The translations under genes and the position numbers were made by a program. Under the pieces are notes generated by a model. That model saw only the letters and a program-made list of their open reading frames with translations, did no database searches and was not told the DNA's origin. A DNA stretch of 64,000 bases from an uncultured Methylococcales bacterium (GTDB lineage Bacteria; Pseudomonadota; Gammaproteobacteria; Methylococcales; G963664935): positions 8,218 to 72,217 of the forward strand of contig CAZZET010000003.1 of NCBI GenBank assembly GCA_964653275.1. Direction: 5' to 3'. Shown here piece after piece: positions 43,506 through 54,257 of this stretch (positions are counted from its first letter, which is position 1; each line of letters opens with the position of its first letter).

Positions 43506-44213
43506 CTACTCTTTACTTACAGCTCTAATGGCATCTTGTAGAGGGCCCAATTTACGAATCCATGGTTTGACCCTCCGGGTATTATCCCTTACCCATTCTT
43601 CCGTAGCGCTGTTTGCAGTAAGCCTGTCAGGATAGATTCCCAATAGCAGTACGTACCATTCGCTCCCGTGGCTAATTAGGCGAGCATGTAACGAATAATA
43701 CAAACCACTTAACTTTGCATAACTTACGATATCAGTCTTTTTCTGAAGAGCAAGCAGTTGCACTGCATAAGAATCTCGTGGCTGTTGCAAAATAATCTCA
43801 GCGCCATCCGCATACGGGGCATTAGTTTTCTGAACTTTTTTTGATAGGACTTTCGATTGTGAAGCTGATCCAGCTAATTCACCTACAGGGCTCCTCTCTG
43901 GCCTAGATTGAAATGTCGGTCCAAACCGATTTTCGGATGAAAATTGTTGAACCTTGGGACTAACAGCAACTTCTTTCGAAGAATCTCGGACATTTTTACA
44001 TTGCCAACCACTACTACCCTTTTCACCATGACAAACCCATTCATTATTGGTATTGGAATTACCAATAATTCCAGAAGCATCACAATTTTTTTCTTCGCAG
44101 CCGCCCCCTCTGGAAAAACCACCGAGTTGTGTACACCCAGAAAATGATATCAACAACATCACAATGATACCTAGCCTTAATTGCCTACCAAATATACTGT
44201 CAGAGATAGCCAT
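43506..44213 (-). CDS. SPOR domain-containing lipoprotein
   Basis: The ORF track opens with TTG at 44225. I prefer the ATG at 44213 (MAISDS...LLISFSGC, lipobox). The C-terminal SPOR-like domain is YAVQLLALQKKTDIVSYAKL...WYVLLLGIYPDRLTANSA. Confidence 0.75.
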   Translation of the reverse strand: MAISDSIFGRQLRLGIIVMLLISFSGCTQLGGFSRGGGCEEKNCDASGIIGNSNTNNEWVCHGEKGSSGWQCKNVRDSSKEVAVSPKVQQFSSENRFGPTFQSRPERSPVGELAGSASQSKVLSKKVQKTNAPYADGAEIILQQPRDSYAVQLLALQKKTDIVSYAKLSGLYYSLHARLISHGSEWYVLLLGIYPDRLTANSATEEWVRDNTRRVKPWIRKLGPLQDAIRAVSKE

Positions 44214-44445
44214 CGAAATTTTCAATCGTTTACCTCCACTAACGACAACGATTACAACTACAAGCTTAGCGGTAAGAATTAACTACAAATCTAAAAACGA
44301 GTAGACACTGTCCCCGGGAAAGCCAATCTTTGGTATGACACCCCACCCAAGACACACCAAGAACACAGAAGACTATTTAAACCTTGTCGCAAAAATGAAG
44401 ACGGAACCATAAATAGATAGGCTAATAACATCCACCGAAAAAGCC

Positions 44446-44952
44446 TCAATATTGTCCTGCTTTCCATTTGGCTTGAGAAGCACCTTCGAAATCTCCCCCT
44501 CGTTGGCGCGCGATACTGATCAAAGTCCAATTTTTTCTTTTCAATTTCGAATCACCACCCGCCAGTGTATTTGACTTTTTAGCCAGACTTTCAGCGGAAC
44601 CCAGTTGATCTTGTTGTAAATGAAACGAAGCCAATTGATACCACAACGTAGCATTCCTCGGTTGAATTCTCAATGCTCTTTCGGTTGTTGTAACAGCAGC
44701 ATCTAACTTACCCTGCCTACCCAAATGAGATGCGTCTTTCATTAAATGGCGCACAGCCGCTGACATCACCAGGGGTTTGGGGCGGGCAACATAGCTTTTT
44801 GGCGAAGAAGGTTGCTTGGGAACCTCCTTTGAAGGGTGGATTAGATTTTCCTGAGAATCTATACCAGATGGACCTTGATTCGTCGGTTTTAAAGCGCACG
44901 AATATAAACCCAAACTTGTTACGATCATCAAAATCGGAACCGATTTATTCAT
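44446..44952 (-). CDS. TPR lipoprotein encoded next to PBP1B (LpoP-like candidate activator)
   Basis: The likely start is the ATG at 44952 (MNKSVPILMIVTSLGLYSC, lipobox-like), which overlaps the mrcB stop by 8 nt. It has a disordered linker and then a TPR-like region (GKLDAAVTTTERALRIQPRNATLWYQLASFHLQQ). Confidence 0.55.
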   Translation of the reverse strand: MNKSVPILMIVTSLGLYSCALKPTNQGPSGIDSQENLIHPSKEVPKQPSSPKSYVARPKPLVMSAAVRHLMKDASHLGRQGKLDAAVTTTERALRIQPRNATLWYQLASFHLQQDQLGSAESLAKKSNTLAGGDSKLKRKNWTLISIARQRGGDFEGASQAKWKAGQY

Positions 44953-47281
44953 TCCCCAAGAATCCCCGTAACCATACACCGAATTTACCCGACGAGGATT
45001 TAGCGCAGGGAGAAAATTCATTGGGCGCAGATCCCCATATAAACGGGTATTGTACCGCATATCGACATCCTTCGTTTCCCCTTAAGCCATTTTCGGTATC
45101 GATCCATACCATCTCTATGTCCTCAGGCGGATACAAATCGACCCCTGTCTTACTAATTTTGTTCATGACCTGAGTCCAAATCCTCAGGGCGCCACTGGAG
45201 CCCGACAAATAAATAGATTTATTGTCGTCACGCCCAAGCCAAACGACGCCTAAATAATCACCGGTGAAACCCGCGAACCAACTGTCCCTGAGATCATTGG
45301 TTGTCCCCGTTTTCCCAACTACATTGAAAGTTTTCGGCAAAACAGAATAGACTGCTTTACCGGTTCCTTCCCTCACCGATTCCTGCAAAATCGTATTGAC
45401 CAAATAGGTCGCCGCCGGATCCGAAACTTGGCGGACTGTCAAACCATAGCGTTGCAAAGGTTCTCCATCACTGGACAAAACTGCGCGAATGCTTCGCAAC
45501 GGTGTATTAAATCCATCACTTGCTAGAGTTTGAAAATACTGAGTAATTTCCAACGGTGTTAATTCACCTGCTCCTAACAAAAACGAAGGGTAGTAATTGA
45601 ACTCGCGATTTACACCTAAATTTCGCAATGTCTTAATGATACGTCCAAGCCCCAAATCGAGACCTAGACGAACCGTCGCCAAATTATAGGAGTTCGCCAA
45701 AGCACTATGCAAAGACACATCACCGTGCTCGATGCGATCATAGTTTTTCGGATTCCAAATGTGTCCATTAGGTGCGCGCACCCTAATTTCGCTGTCATCA
45801 AGGATTGTCGTAAGCGTGTATCTGCCAGGATCATCCAAAGCGGTCAGATAAATCACCGGCTTTATCAGTGACCCAACAGGCCGCAAAGCATTCAAGGCTC
45901 TATTAAACCCCCTATAACTAGGATCTCGACTACCCATCATCGCCACTACTTCGCCCCCTTCTCGTCGAGTAATCACAATCGCGGCCTGCAATTGAGAAAC
46001 CCTTTTTGATCTTTCCAAACGCTCCAACATGTTTTGAGTCGTACGCTCTAAGGTATCCTGGAGATCAATTTGTAATGTCGTAAAAATTCTTAACCCCTCG
46101 CTGGTTAAATCCTCCTCACGATATTCACGCTGGAGCTGGCGGCGAACCAAACCCATAAAACTCGAATAACGACCCGGAGCAACCTTCTTTTTCCGATTAA
46201 CCAACAAGGAGCGAGACTTTGCTAACTTTGCTTGCCATAAAGTAATATTCCCCGCATCATGCATATTATCGAGAACAAGGTTACGACGTTTCTTGAGACG
46301 ATCTGGATGTTTCCAGGGGTCGTAATAGGATGGTCCTCTCACTAAAGCGATCAACACTGATATCTGCTCCAAGCCCAGGGACTTTAATGAGCGTCCAAAA
46401 TAATACTGGCTAGCCAATCCGAAACCGTGTATCGCTCTGGACCGATCCTGTCCCAAATAAATTTCGTTAAGATAGGCTTCGAGAATTTCGTCTTTGTGGT
46501 AACCCGCGTCTAAGATAATTGCCATAAGCCCTTCGTTGATCTTTCTCCACAGACTCCGTTCCGGTGTCAAAAAGAAGTTCTTTACCAACTGTTGCGTAAT
46601 GGTACTCCCACCCTGCACAATACGGCCTGCTCGTATATTGGCCCACAATGCCCGAAAAATCGAACGAAAAGAAATACCGGCATGACTATAAAAATTTCGG
46701 TCTTCTGTGGCCAATAATCCACGCACAAGCGCGTCGGGAACATCGTCCAATCGGACAAGTATGCGATCCTCTTTTCGTGTCGGATAGAAACTTCCGATGT
46801 GTAGAGGATCTATACGAAAAATTGGCAAACTCTTCTTTTGACCTAAATCATATAAACCCGCCAAATGTTTATTAGAAAAAGTTACCCGAATACGCCGACT
46901 CAACTGTTTTTTTTCCGAAAACCGAAATGCACGAGTCTTCATAAAAACTTGATGACCCCTGCGATAATAGGTAGCCTCAGACGCGAGATGAGTGTCTTTT
47001 CGGTAATTCAAACGTTCCAGCATCTTCACAAATCCTGGCGCTGTGAGCTCAAAACCTGCGTAAAGTTCTGTTGGACTTGCGTAGACCCTGGCTGGAATCG
47101 ACCAGCGTTTTCCCTCGAATAACCGAGTAACCCTATAATCTAGATAACCGATATAAGCAACTAAAATAAAACTAAATCCAAATATCGTCCATAGAACAAA
47201 AGGGCCATACCAACGCTTCGAAAAACTAATTTTTTTCCGCGATCGTCGAGGTTTCCGATTCCTACGTTTTTTTTTAACCAT
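44945..47281 (-). CDS. mrcB: Penicillin-binding protein 1B (bifunctional glycosyltransferase/transpeptidase)
   Basis: It has the basic N-terminus MVKKKRRNRKPRRSRKK (ATG at 47281; the track's TTG is at 47293), a TM helix and a UB2H-like insert. GT51 motifs are EDRNFYSHAGI and GGSTITQQLVKN. Transpeptidase motifs are SLIKP and KTGTT. Confidence 0.92.
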   Translation of the reverse strand: MVKKKRRNRKPRRSRKKISFSKRWYGPFVLWTIFGFSFILVAYIGYLDYRVTRLFEGKRWSIPARVYASPTELYAGFELTAPGFVKMLERLNYRKDTHLASEATYYRRGHQVFMKTRAFRFSEKKQLSRRIRVTFSNKHLAGLYDLGQKKSLPIFRIDPLHIGSFYPTRKEDRILVRLDDVPDALVRGLLATEDRNFYSHAGISFRSIFRALWANIRAGRIVQGGSTITQQLVKNFFLTPERSLWRKINEGLMAIILDAGYHKDEILEAYLNEIYLGQDRSRAIHGFGLASQYYFGRSLKSLGLEQISVLIALVRGPSYYDPWKHPDRLKKRRNLVLDNMHDAGNITLWQAKLAKSRSLLVNRKKKVAPGRYSSFMGLVRRQLQREYREEDLTSEGLRIFTTLQIDLQDTLERTTQNMLERLERSKRVSQLQAAIVITRREGGEVVAMMGSRDPSYRGFNRALNALRPVGSLIKPVIYLTALDDPGRYTLTTILDDSEIRVRAPNGHIWNPKNYDRIEHGDVSLHSALANSYNLATVRLGLDLGLGRIIKTLRNLGVNREFNYYPSFLLGAGELTPLEITQYFQTLASDGFNTPLRSIRAVLSSDGEPLQRYGLTVRQVSDPAATYLVNTILQESVREGTGKAVYSVLPKTFNVVGKTGTTNDLRDSWFAGFTGDYLGVVWLGRDDNKSIYLSGSSGALRIWTQVMNKISKTGVDLYPPEDIEMVWIDTENGLRGNEGCRYAVQYPFIWGSAPNEFSPCAKSSSGKFGVWLRGFLGNE

Positions 47282-47382
47282 ACAACCTATCAATAAATAG
47301 ACCCCAAAAACCTTTTGCTGATATAGTGGGTTTTAGAAGCTGTCCAAAAACTAAAACAACAGATTCTTTAGGAGATAAACCC

Positions 47383-47916
47383 ATGAAATGTCTTTATTAT
47401 TTAACAAGCAGCATCGAAAGTACCGATCGAATTTCCCACGATTTACACGATGCAGGGGTCAGCGACTGGCTGGTCCACGTCCTCAGCAAAAATGAAGCCG
47501 GATTGTACAAACGGCATATCCATTCGGCAAATTATATCGAACGACTTGATATTCTCCGTGACGGATTAGTTGGGACAGCAACAGGGTTTGGAATCTCAGT
47601 GCTAGTCGTATTGTATCTACTCGTCGCAGAACCTTTCGGGCCCAATATGCCCTGGCCAGCCTATCTTGCCATCGTCGCAGTCCTATCAATGTTTGGCGCA
47701 TGGGTTGGAGGTTTAACCGGGATCGCCAGTGAAAATAAAAAAATGAACCTGTTTCACGATGACCTGGAGTCTGGAAAATATTTGATCATTATATATGCAC
47801 GAAAGACTGAAGAAGAAAAAGTGAAAGAGTTAATGAGCCGTTTGCACCCTGAATCGGACTTGGCAGGGGTTGATTCCAACTTTTATAATCCTTTTAAAAC
47901 CGTACAACGAATATAG
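47383..47916 (+). CDS. Hypothetical membrane protein
   Basis: The best start is the ATG at 47383 behind the SD AGGAGA (MKCLYYLTSS...), giving 177 aa. Two central TM helices are flanked by soluble segments. I recognise no family. Confidence 0.5.
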   Translation: MKCLYYLTSSIESTDRISHDLHDAGVSDWLVHVLSKNEAGLYKRHIHSANYIERLDILRDGLVGTATGFGISVLVVLYLLVAEPFGPNMPWPAYLAIVAVLSMFGAWVGGLTGIASENKKMNLFHDDLESGKYLIIIYARKTEEEKVKELMSRLHPESDLAGVDSNFYNPFKTVQRI

Positions 47917-48023
47917 ATAACGAATGTTCAAAAAAGACTCAAATTTACCACCATAATGCCATCAGCAATACTAACTAGATTGCTATGTTTTTCAAGGTCA
48001 AAAAGCTTTTTTGTTAACGTTTT

Positions 48024-49154
48024 TTGAATGGGAAAAAGGTGAACTCTCAAAATCAAATGGGACTGCGTGGTATTTCCGTAGCTCAGACAGCTATCGCCAC
48101 GGTAGGCAAAGAAGGAAAGGGTCTATCTTATCGAGGTTACGACATTTTTGATTTAGCCGAGCATGCTAGTTTTGAAGAAGTCGCTTATCTGCTGATTTAT
48201 GGAAACCTCCCAGATAAACCTGAATTGAGGCATTATTCGAAAAAACTTAAACAGCTGAGAACCATTCCCGAGCCGTTAAAAGAAGTGATCGAACACATCC
48301 CCAAAAATGCACACCCTATGGACATGATGCGCACGGCCTGTTCAATGCTCGGGACATTAGAGCCGGAAAGAGATTTTAAAAATCAATACGCTGTTGCCGA
48401 TCGATTGTTAGCAATTTTTCCTTCAGTTCTGGGCTATTGGCATCATTACGTTTCAAGTGGCAAACGCATCGACACCAACAGTAATGAACCCACTATTGCA
48501 GGCCACTTACTCCGCCTTATAACTAATTCACCCCCTAATGACCTCCATCGCCGAGCGATGGATGTATCATTGATACTCTATGCTGAACACGAATTAAACG
48601 CATCAACCTTCGATGCCAGGGTTTGTGCCGCGACCTTATCCGATTTTTATTCAGCGGTTACCGCTGGTATTGGTACACTGCGAGGACCACTTCACGGCGG
48701 GGCTAATGAAGCCGCTATGGATCTAATTCGTCGATTTAGAAATCCTGAAGACGCGCAACAGACTGTCCGCAAAATGTTGGATCAAAAAATGAAAATCATG
48801 GGTTTTGGACACGCGGTCTATAGCTCATCGGACCCACGCAACACTATTATCAAAACATGGGCCAATAAGTTAGCTCAGCAATACCACGACACCAAAATAT
48901 ACGCCGTATCCGAGGCGATTGAATATGTAATGTGGGTAGAAAAAAAACTCTTCCCAAATCTCGATTTCTACAGCGCATCAGCCTATCACTTCATGGGGAT
49001 CCCTACACCCCTCTTTACGCCTCTTTTCATTTGCTCGAGAATCTGTGGATGGTCGGCTCACATAATTGAACAACGTAGCAATAATCGACTTATCAGGCCT
49101 AGCGCCGACTACATCGGCCCTGAAAAGCGGGAATATTTACCGATCAACTGCTGA
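48024..49154 (+). CDS. prpC: 2-methylcitrate synthase / citrate synthase family
   Basis: 376 aa. Motifs are [40 protein letters not shown] and GFGHAVY. The start is uncertain (TTG 48024, GTG 48039 or ATG 48057). It is adjacent to prpD. Confidence 0.85.
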   Translation: MNGKKVNSQNQMGLRGISVAQTAIATVGKEGKGLSYRGYDIFDLAEHASFEEVAYLLIYGNLPDKPELRHYSKKLKQLRTIPEPLKEVIEHIPKNAHPMDMMRTACSMLGTLEPERDFKNQYAVADRLLAIFPSVLGYWHHYVSSGKRIDTNSNEPTIAGHLLRLITNSPPNDLHRRAMDVSLILYAEHELNASTFDARVCAATLSDFYSAVTAGIGTLRGPLHGGANEAAMDLIRRFRNPEDAQQTVRKMLDQKMKIMGFGHAVYSSSDPRNTIIKTWANKLAQQYHDTKIYAVSEAIEYVMWVEKKLFPNLDFYSASAYHFMGIPTPLFTPLFICSRICGWSAHIIEQRSNNRLIRPSADYIGPEKREYLPINC

Positions 49155-49165
49155 AACTAATCATA

Positions 49166-50581
49166 ATGCAGGATCGATTATTTTATGATATTGCCGATTA
49201 TGTTTTAAATTATCGGATTGAACAAACGGAAGCATTCAGCACAGCACGGCTATGCCTGCTGGATTCGCTGGGTTGCGGCCTATTATCTTTAAGCTACCCT
49301 GCCTGTACAAAATTGCTTGGCCCCATTGTACCAGGCGCGGAAATACCCAATGGTGCGCGTATACCGGGCCTTTCATATCAACTGGACCCAGTCCAGGCGG
49401 CATTCAATATCGGCACCATGATTCGATGGCTTGATTATAACGATACTTGGCTGGCGGCGGAATGGGGACACCCATCAGATAATCTTGGAGGGATTCTTGC
49501 GGTAGCCGATTATGTAAGCAGACAAAATATCGCCAAGGGTAAGACACCGCTCTCGGTCTGCGACGTGTTAACAGCTATGATAAAAGCCTATGAAATACAA
49601 GGGGTAATTGGGCTTGAAAACAGTTTTAACCGCGTAGGTTTGGACCATATCTTGCTGGTGCGAATAGCTACAGCTGCCGTTGTAACTCCCCTGCTAGGCG
49701 GTGGTCGGAAACAAATTGTTAATGCATTAACCAATGCCTGGGTCGACGGAGGAACATTACGTTGTTATCGACATTCACCGAATACTGGGTCACGAAAAAG
49801 TTGGGCAGCAGGTGATGCAACCAGCCGCGGAGTGAGACTCGCAATAATGTCAATGACTGGGGAAATGGGTTATCCCTCGGCATTGTCCGCTAAGAACTGG
49901 GGATTTTACGACGTCTTATACCAAGGCAATTTTTTTGTATTTAACCAAACATTTGCGAGCTACGTTATGGAAAACATCTTATTCAAAATCTCCTTCCCGG
50001 CCGAATTCCATGCCCAGACGGCCATCGAAGCTGCTCTACGACTCCACGAATCGGTAAAATATCGGCTAAACGAAATTCATCGTGTCGAAATTCAAACTCA
50101 GCGGGCTGCTACCCGCATTATTGACAAAAGTGGGCCTCTACATAACCCCGCCGATAGGGACCATTGTATCCAATACATGGTAGCTATTGGATTGATTTTC
50201 GGAGAACTAACAGCCAACCACTACGAAGACAAAATCGCCCAAGATCCGAGAGTTGACAGTCTTAGAAAAAAAATCCGTGTAGAGGAGAACCAGCAGTTCA
50301 GTATTGACTACTTAAACCCAGCCAAACGTTCAATCGCCAATGCTATACAAGTATTCTTCAACGATGGGACCTACACATCAAAAATTCAGATCGAATTCCC
50401 CATTGGTCATCGCCGACGGCGTAAAGAAGGGATGCCTATGTTAAAAAATAAATTGATTGAAAACCTAAAATCCCGCCTGACACCGAAAAATCAAGAAGCG
50501 ATTCTAGGCCTTTTTGAGGACCAATATACATTAGAATCGACGTCGGTGGATCGGTTTATGGATTTATTCGCTATGGAATAA
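49166..50581 (+). CDS. prpD: 2-methylcitrate dehydratase (MmgE/PrpD family)
   Basis: 471 aa. It shows PrpD-family similarity throughout ([44 protein letters not shown]) and is adjacent to prpC. Confidence 0.85.
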   Translation: MQDRLFYDIADYVLNYRIEQTEAFSTARLCLLDSLGCGLLSLSYPACTKLLGPIVPGAEIPNGARIPGLSYQLDPVQAAFNIGTMIRWLDYNDTWLAAEWGHPSDNLGGILAVADYVSRQNIAKGKTPLSVCDVLTAMIKAYEIQGVIGLENSFNRVGLDHILLVRIATAAVVTPLLGGGRKQIVNALTNAWVDGGTLRCYRHSPNTGSRKSWAAGDATSRGVRLAIMSMTGEMGYPSALSAKNWGFYDVLYQGNFFVFNQTFASYVMENILFKISFPAEFHAQTAIEAALRLHESVKYRLNEIHRVEIQTQRAATRIIDKSGPLHNPADRDHCIQYMVAIGLIFGELTANHYEDKIAQDPRVDSLRKKIRVEENQQFSIDYLNPAKRSIANAIQVFFNDGTYTSKIQIEFPIGHRRRRKEGMPMLKNKLIENLKSRLTPKNQEAILGLFEDQYTLESTSVDRFMDLFAME

Positions 50582-50655
50582 ATAGAGGCTTACCTGAAAT
50601 CCAGATTGGACTACAGCAAAAAGAATATTTCTAGAATCGGACAAAAAAATGCAGG

Positions 50656-52446
50656 CTATAGCTTATATAGAGGCTCCAATCCGATTTTTCCATTATCCTT
50701 CGGTACTGCCCGTTCCTTTTGATGCTGAAAAAAGGCGACCCATAGGGCTTGGCCATGCCAAGCGTTTTCTTCTATACCGTACAAAGACTGGTTCAAAGTT
50801 TTTAGTTCGCTTTTTAGGGTGCCGCTACAGCGGCGCTCAATATCACCCAGGCTGTTCGGAGGAGACTCAGGCCAGATGGCACCCGCCCATTGCAGCAACG
50901 CATCCTTAGCAGCCTGAGAATCATTATCATAACAAGATCGTTTCAAGCTCCTAACGGCCCGACGATTATTGGGCGAACTATGTTTTTCGAGATTTTCCTG
51001 AGGCAGCTTTTTTCTATTCTTCAATCCCCATACAATCAAAGTTCCCAGCCAACCCAAGGCTAAAACCAAAGAAATCCATTCCCAAAATAGTCCTCTCTCT
51101 CGTACTTTTGTAAACGAGATTTCACCAACCTGTTGATTTTCTGAGGGAACGCCAATCGCCGGGGGAGACTCAATCGGGGTATTGAATTCTGAAGTTGAGG
51201 CCAAAGTTCCAACAATTAATTCGGGAATTCGGGCGACTTCCATGCGATCCGTCTCCGTATTCCACCAAGGAATTTCGATAGTTGGGAGTACATATTCTCC
51301 CTCACTAGAGGGAATTAGTGCTGTTTTTTCTTCCCTTGAACTCACTAGACCTTGCCTTGTCTTTTGTTCTTTAACATTAGGTTGGTCCGCATACTGCTTA
51401 ACCACGCCACCGTTAGGAGATACGACCGACAAATTAGCGTTATTGATCTCCGGTATTTGGCTGGCGGGTAGTCCTTTAGCTTGAAGTATCAAAGTCCTCG
51501 TTATAGGCTCCCCAACAGTGAGTTTTGGTGGGTTTTGTGGCCAATCTTCGGTTAGTAAAATCTGTTCGGCGGGCAACCAATCCTTACCCACGAATTCTGC
51601 GGGAATCGGTTTAACTTTTAGCGCCAACAGCTTTGATCTAATCCGCTTTGTCCGTGTATTTCCACGGCTAAAAAAATTGTCAAACGAAGAACCACGCCTC
51701 CTCGACGTAATGACCTGAGCATTCAACTCCAATGGTTCCACCATCATAACCCCACTCTTTTGGGGAAAGATCGCGTATTTTCTTTCAACAACACTATACT
51801 GATTGCCCTGACGCCGAGTGTTGTAACTAACATCTTCCCCCAATTTTTCGACAATCGCATTTTCAACCTTAGGCTCGGTCAATTGAGCCTCAGAAATATT
51901 GACTCTATGCAATAACCGCACAGTGTAGATCACTTGGGCCTGAACATAGGGATTTTCAGGTTGGGCCTCAATTTCTAACAACAATTCGGGCATTGGTTGG
52001 CCAGGAACAAGCTGGGAAGATTGCGCTTCGTTAACGCTAACAATTATCGGCAAGCTTACATCTTTCCCGAATGAAATGGATGGAACCATTAGCTTTCCCG
52101 TCCGTTTTGCAATGACATTCAATTTCCATTGAATGGTCTTGTCGTAAGCACCATTTACAATCGAAATATTGCTACTTTGTCCCCTACTTAAAATTTCGAA
52201 ATCCTTTTGTAGGGGTCCGAAATCTGGATCACTATCGGGCGATCCAATAGCTTGAAAAACAAGATTAAACGATTCGTTTATTTGGACAGGGTTTCGATCT
52301 GAAGTTACGTTGATTTCGGCCGCCACAACACCATCAGCCGACAATAATCCGACACACATCACAACCGCCACCCACAAATTTTCCGAGATTCTACTCAAAA
52401 AGCTCTGTCTATTATCAGTTATACCCAAAACGCCTCCTACTACCAT
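50656..52446 (-). CDS. BatD-family protein (oxygen-tolerance operon)
   Basis: 596 aa. A signal-like N-terminus is followed by repeated beta-rich modules, a late TM helix (WISLVLALGWLGTLIVWGL) and a cytoplasmic tail. It is the last gene of the MoxR/Bat operon. Confidence 0.65.
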   Translation of the reverse strand: MVVGGVLGITDNRQSFLSRISENLWVAVVMCVGLLSADGVVAAEINVTSDRNPVQINESFNLVFQAIGSPDSDPDFGPLQKDFEILSRGQSSNISIVNGAYDKTIQWKLNVIAKRTGKLMVPSISFGKDVSLPIIVSVNEAQSSQLVPGQPMPELLLEIEAQPENPYVQAQVIYTVRLLHRVNISEAQLTEPKVENAIVEKLGEDVSYNTRRQGNQYSVVERKYAIFPQKSGVMMVEPLELNAQVITSRRRGSSFDNFFSRGNTRTKRIRSKLLALKVKPIPAEFVGKDWLPAEQILLTEDWPQNPPKLTVGEPITRTLILQAKGLPASQIPEINNANLSVVSPNGGVVKQYADQPNVKEQKTRQGLVSSREEKTALIPSSEGEYVLPTIEIPWWNTETDRMEVARIPELIVGTLASTSEFNTPIESPPAIGVPSENQQVGEISFTKVRERGLFWEWISLVLALGWLGTLIVWGLKNRKKLPQENLEKHSSPNNRRAVRSLKRSCYDNDSQAAKDALLQWAGAIWPESPPNSLGDIERRCSGTLKSELKTLNQSLYGIEENAWHGQALWVAFFQHQKERAVPKDNGKIGLEPLYKL

Positions 52447-54257
52447 GCTTCGGTTTCGGTACTATTTCCCCGGTCTCTCCGACTGTACTGATACCGAAAT
52501 TTTTCCCTCAACAGCCTACCGGGATCATCCGGAATCCTGCGCAGCCATTGTTCATTGGCCTGTTGAGTTTCATCGGGCTTATTATTGTGTGAAACCTCAG
52601 ATTTTTTGGGCATCCCCATATCCTGAGTTGGTTCTGGTTGCTTAGCTTTTTTTTCAATTTCATCTTCATTTCCCGTCTCACTACTTTCTTCTCCTTCTTG
52701 TTTCCCCTGCTGTTCGGGAACACCGGTCGCCTTATTTTCATCCGATTCGATCTGCTGGGTAGAATCTTGCTGATTTCGCTCCGAATCACGTGTCGATGTT
52801 TGGTTATCAGAATCATTTCGGTCTCCCGAATTTGGGTTTTGTTGGTCTTCCTCTTGATCCTCCGAACTCTGATTCGGAGAGTCTTGTGACTCCTCCTGTT
52901 TTAGCCTTTCCTCAATGAGCTCTTTGTTAAAACGCGCATCTTGATGATCTGGATTTGATTGCAAGACCCGTTTATAGGCATCCAATGCTTCGGAATATCG
53001 GTTTAAATTCGCTAGAGCATTACCCATATTGTATAGGCTATCTAGATCATCAAGACCCTTTAAAGCTTCTACCGTTTTATCGAATTCACCCGCTCTATAT
53101 GCAGCGGCACCCTTCCATTTACTATCGTCAAACAATCGTGCTGCTTTTTCCAATTCACCTGCCTGAAAAGCCCGGTTGGCCATTTGGTTAGGCGTTGCCC
53201 AGAGTTCATCCCAACCCATAGCCTTGATATTTTGAAAAGGAAAACCCAATGTCAACACGAAAACAGCAACAACTCCCTTTCGGAAAGCACACGCTGCAAT
53301 TGGTAATACTACTAATAGTAACCAAGGGCCTTTTTCGTCCCATTGTTCGATACGTAAATCGCTTTCTTGTTCCTTCCTGCCCCTAGAACTTTGATCAATA
53401 ACCTCTTTAAAAGCGTCAACATCACGATTATCGCCGGTCATAATATGGAAAACTCCTCCCCCTTTAGATGCCAATTCTTCTAAATCCATAGCTTTTAATC
53501 GAGGTATCACAATGTTCCCTAATGAATCCTTAAGAAACCCACCCTGTCCACGGGGAATTGGAGCACCTTCTACGGTACCCACACCCATGACCGAGACAAA
53601 ATAGCTTTCGGATTTCAATCTTTCAACTAAATGGGCATTCTTCGCCAAATTCACCCCATCGGTAATCAGCAAAATATGTCCAGAGCGCAGTCCTGCTTGC
53701 TTCAGTAACTGTTCAGCCTGGATCAACCCCCTACTTGCGTTACTGCCAGAACTTGGCATTAACGAAGTATTAAGCCCCAAAAGATGATTACCAATAGTCT
53801 CAACATCTTCGGTGAGTGGGGTAACCGTATAGGCATCTCCACCGTAAACCACCAACGCTGTTTGGCCATCCTTTCGGCGGTCCAATATGTCTTTAATTTT
53901 AAAACGTGATCGGTCTAGCCTACTAGGTTTAACGTCTTGAGCATCCATAGAAGCGGACAGATCCAAGACTATAACCAATGCTGATTCATTTCGAAAAACT
54001 GGAGACGGCAACCTCTCCCAGGTGGGGCCCGCCATGGCCAATACCACAAGAACCCCGCCAACAGCGAGCCAAAATAATGGCCATCGGTTTCTTTTTGTGG
54101 GTTTATCAACGAGTAAGTAAGGTAATAGTCGGGTATCACAGACCGATTCCCAATTACTTTTATTTAATCTTGCATGCCATATCAAAGCAAACAAAATCAC
54201 TCCTGGAATAAACACACTAAACCATTCTGGGCGAATAAAATGGAAGTCTTCCGGCAT
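52440..54257 (-). CDS. VWA domain plus TPR protein (BatB/BatC-like fusion) with an acidic tail
   Basis: The likely start is the ATG at 54257 (MPEDFHFIRPEWF), sharing 1 nt with the batA-like stop. It has the VWA MIDAS motif VLDLSASM, TPR repeats (YNMGNALANLNRYSEALDAYKRVLQSNPDH) and an E/D/Q/S-rich low-complexity C-terminus. Confidence 0.75.
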   Translation of the reverse strand: MPEDFHFIRPEWFSVFIPGVILFALIWHARLNKSNWESVCDTRLLPYLLVDKPTKRNRWPLFWLAVGGVLVVLAMAGPTWERLPSPVFRNESALVIVLDLSASMDAQDVKPSRLDRSRFKIKDILDRRKDGQTALVVYGGDAYTVTPLTEDVETIGNHLLGLNTSLMPSSGSNASRGLIQAEQLLKQAGLRSGHILLITDGVNLAKNAHLVERLKSESYFVSVMGVGTVEGAPIPRGQGGFLKDSLGNIVIPRLKAMDLEELASKGGGVFHIMTGDNRDVDAFKEVIDQSSRGRKEQESDLRIEQWDEKGPWLLLVVLPIAACAFRKGVVAVFVLTLGFPFQNIKAMGWDELWATPNQMANRAFQAGELEKAARLFDDSKWKGAAAYRAGEFDKTVEALKGLDDLDSLYNMGNALANLNRYSEALDAYKRVLQSNPDHQDARFNKELIEERLKQEESQDSPNQSSEDQEEDQQNPNSGDRNDSDNQTSTRDSERNQQDSTQQIESDENKATGVPEQQGKQEGEESSETGNEDEIEKKAKQPEPTQDMGMPKKSEVSHNNKPDETQQANEQWLRRIPDDPGRLLREKFRYQYSRRDRGNSTETEAW

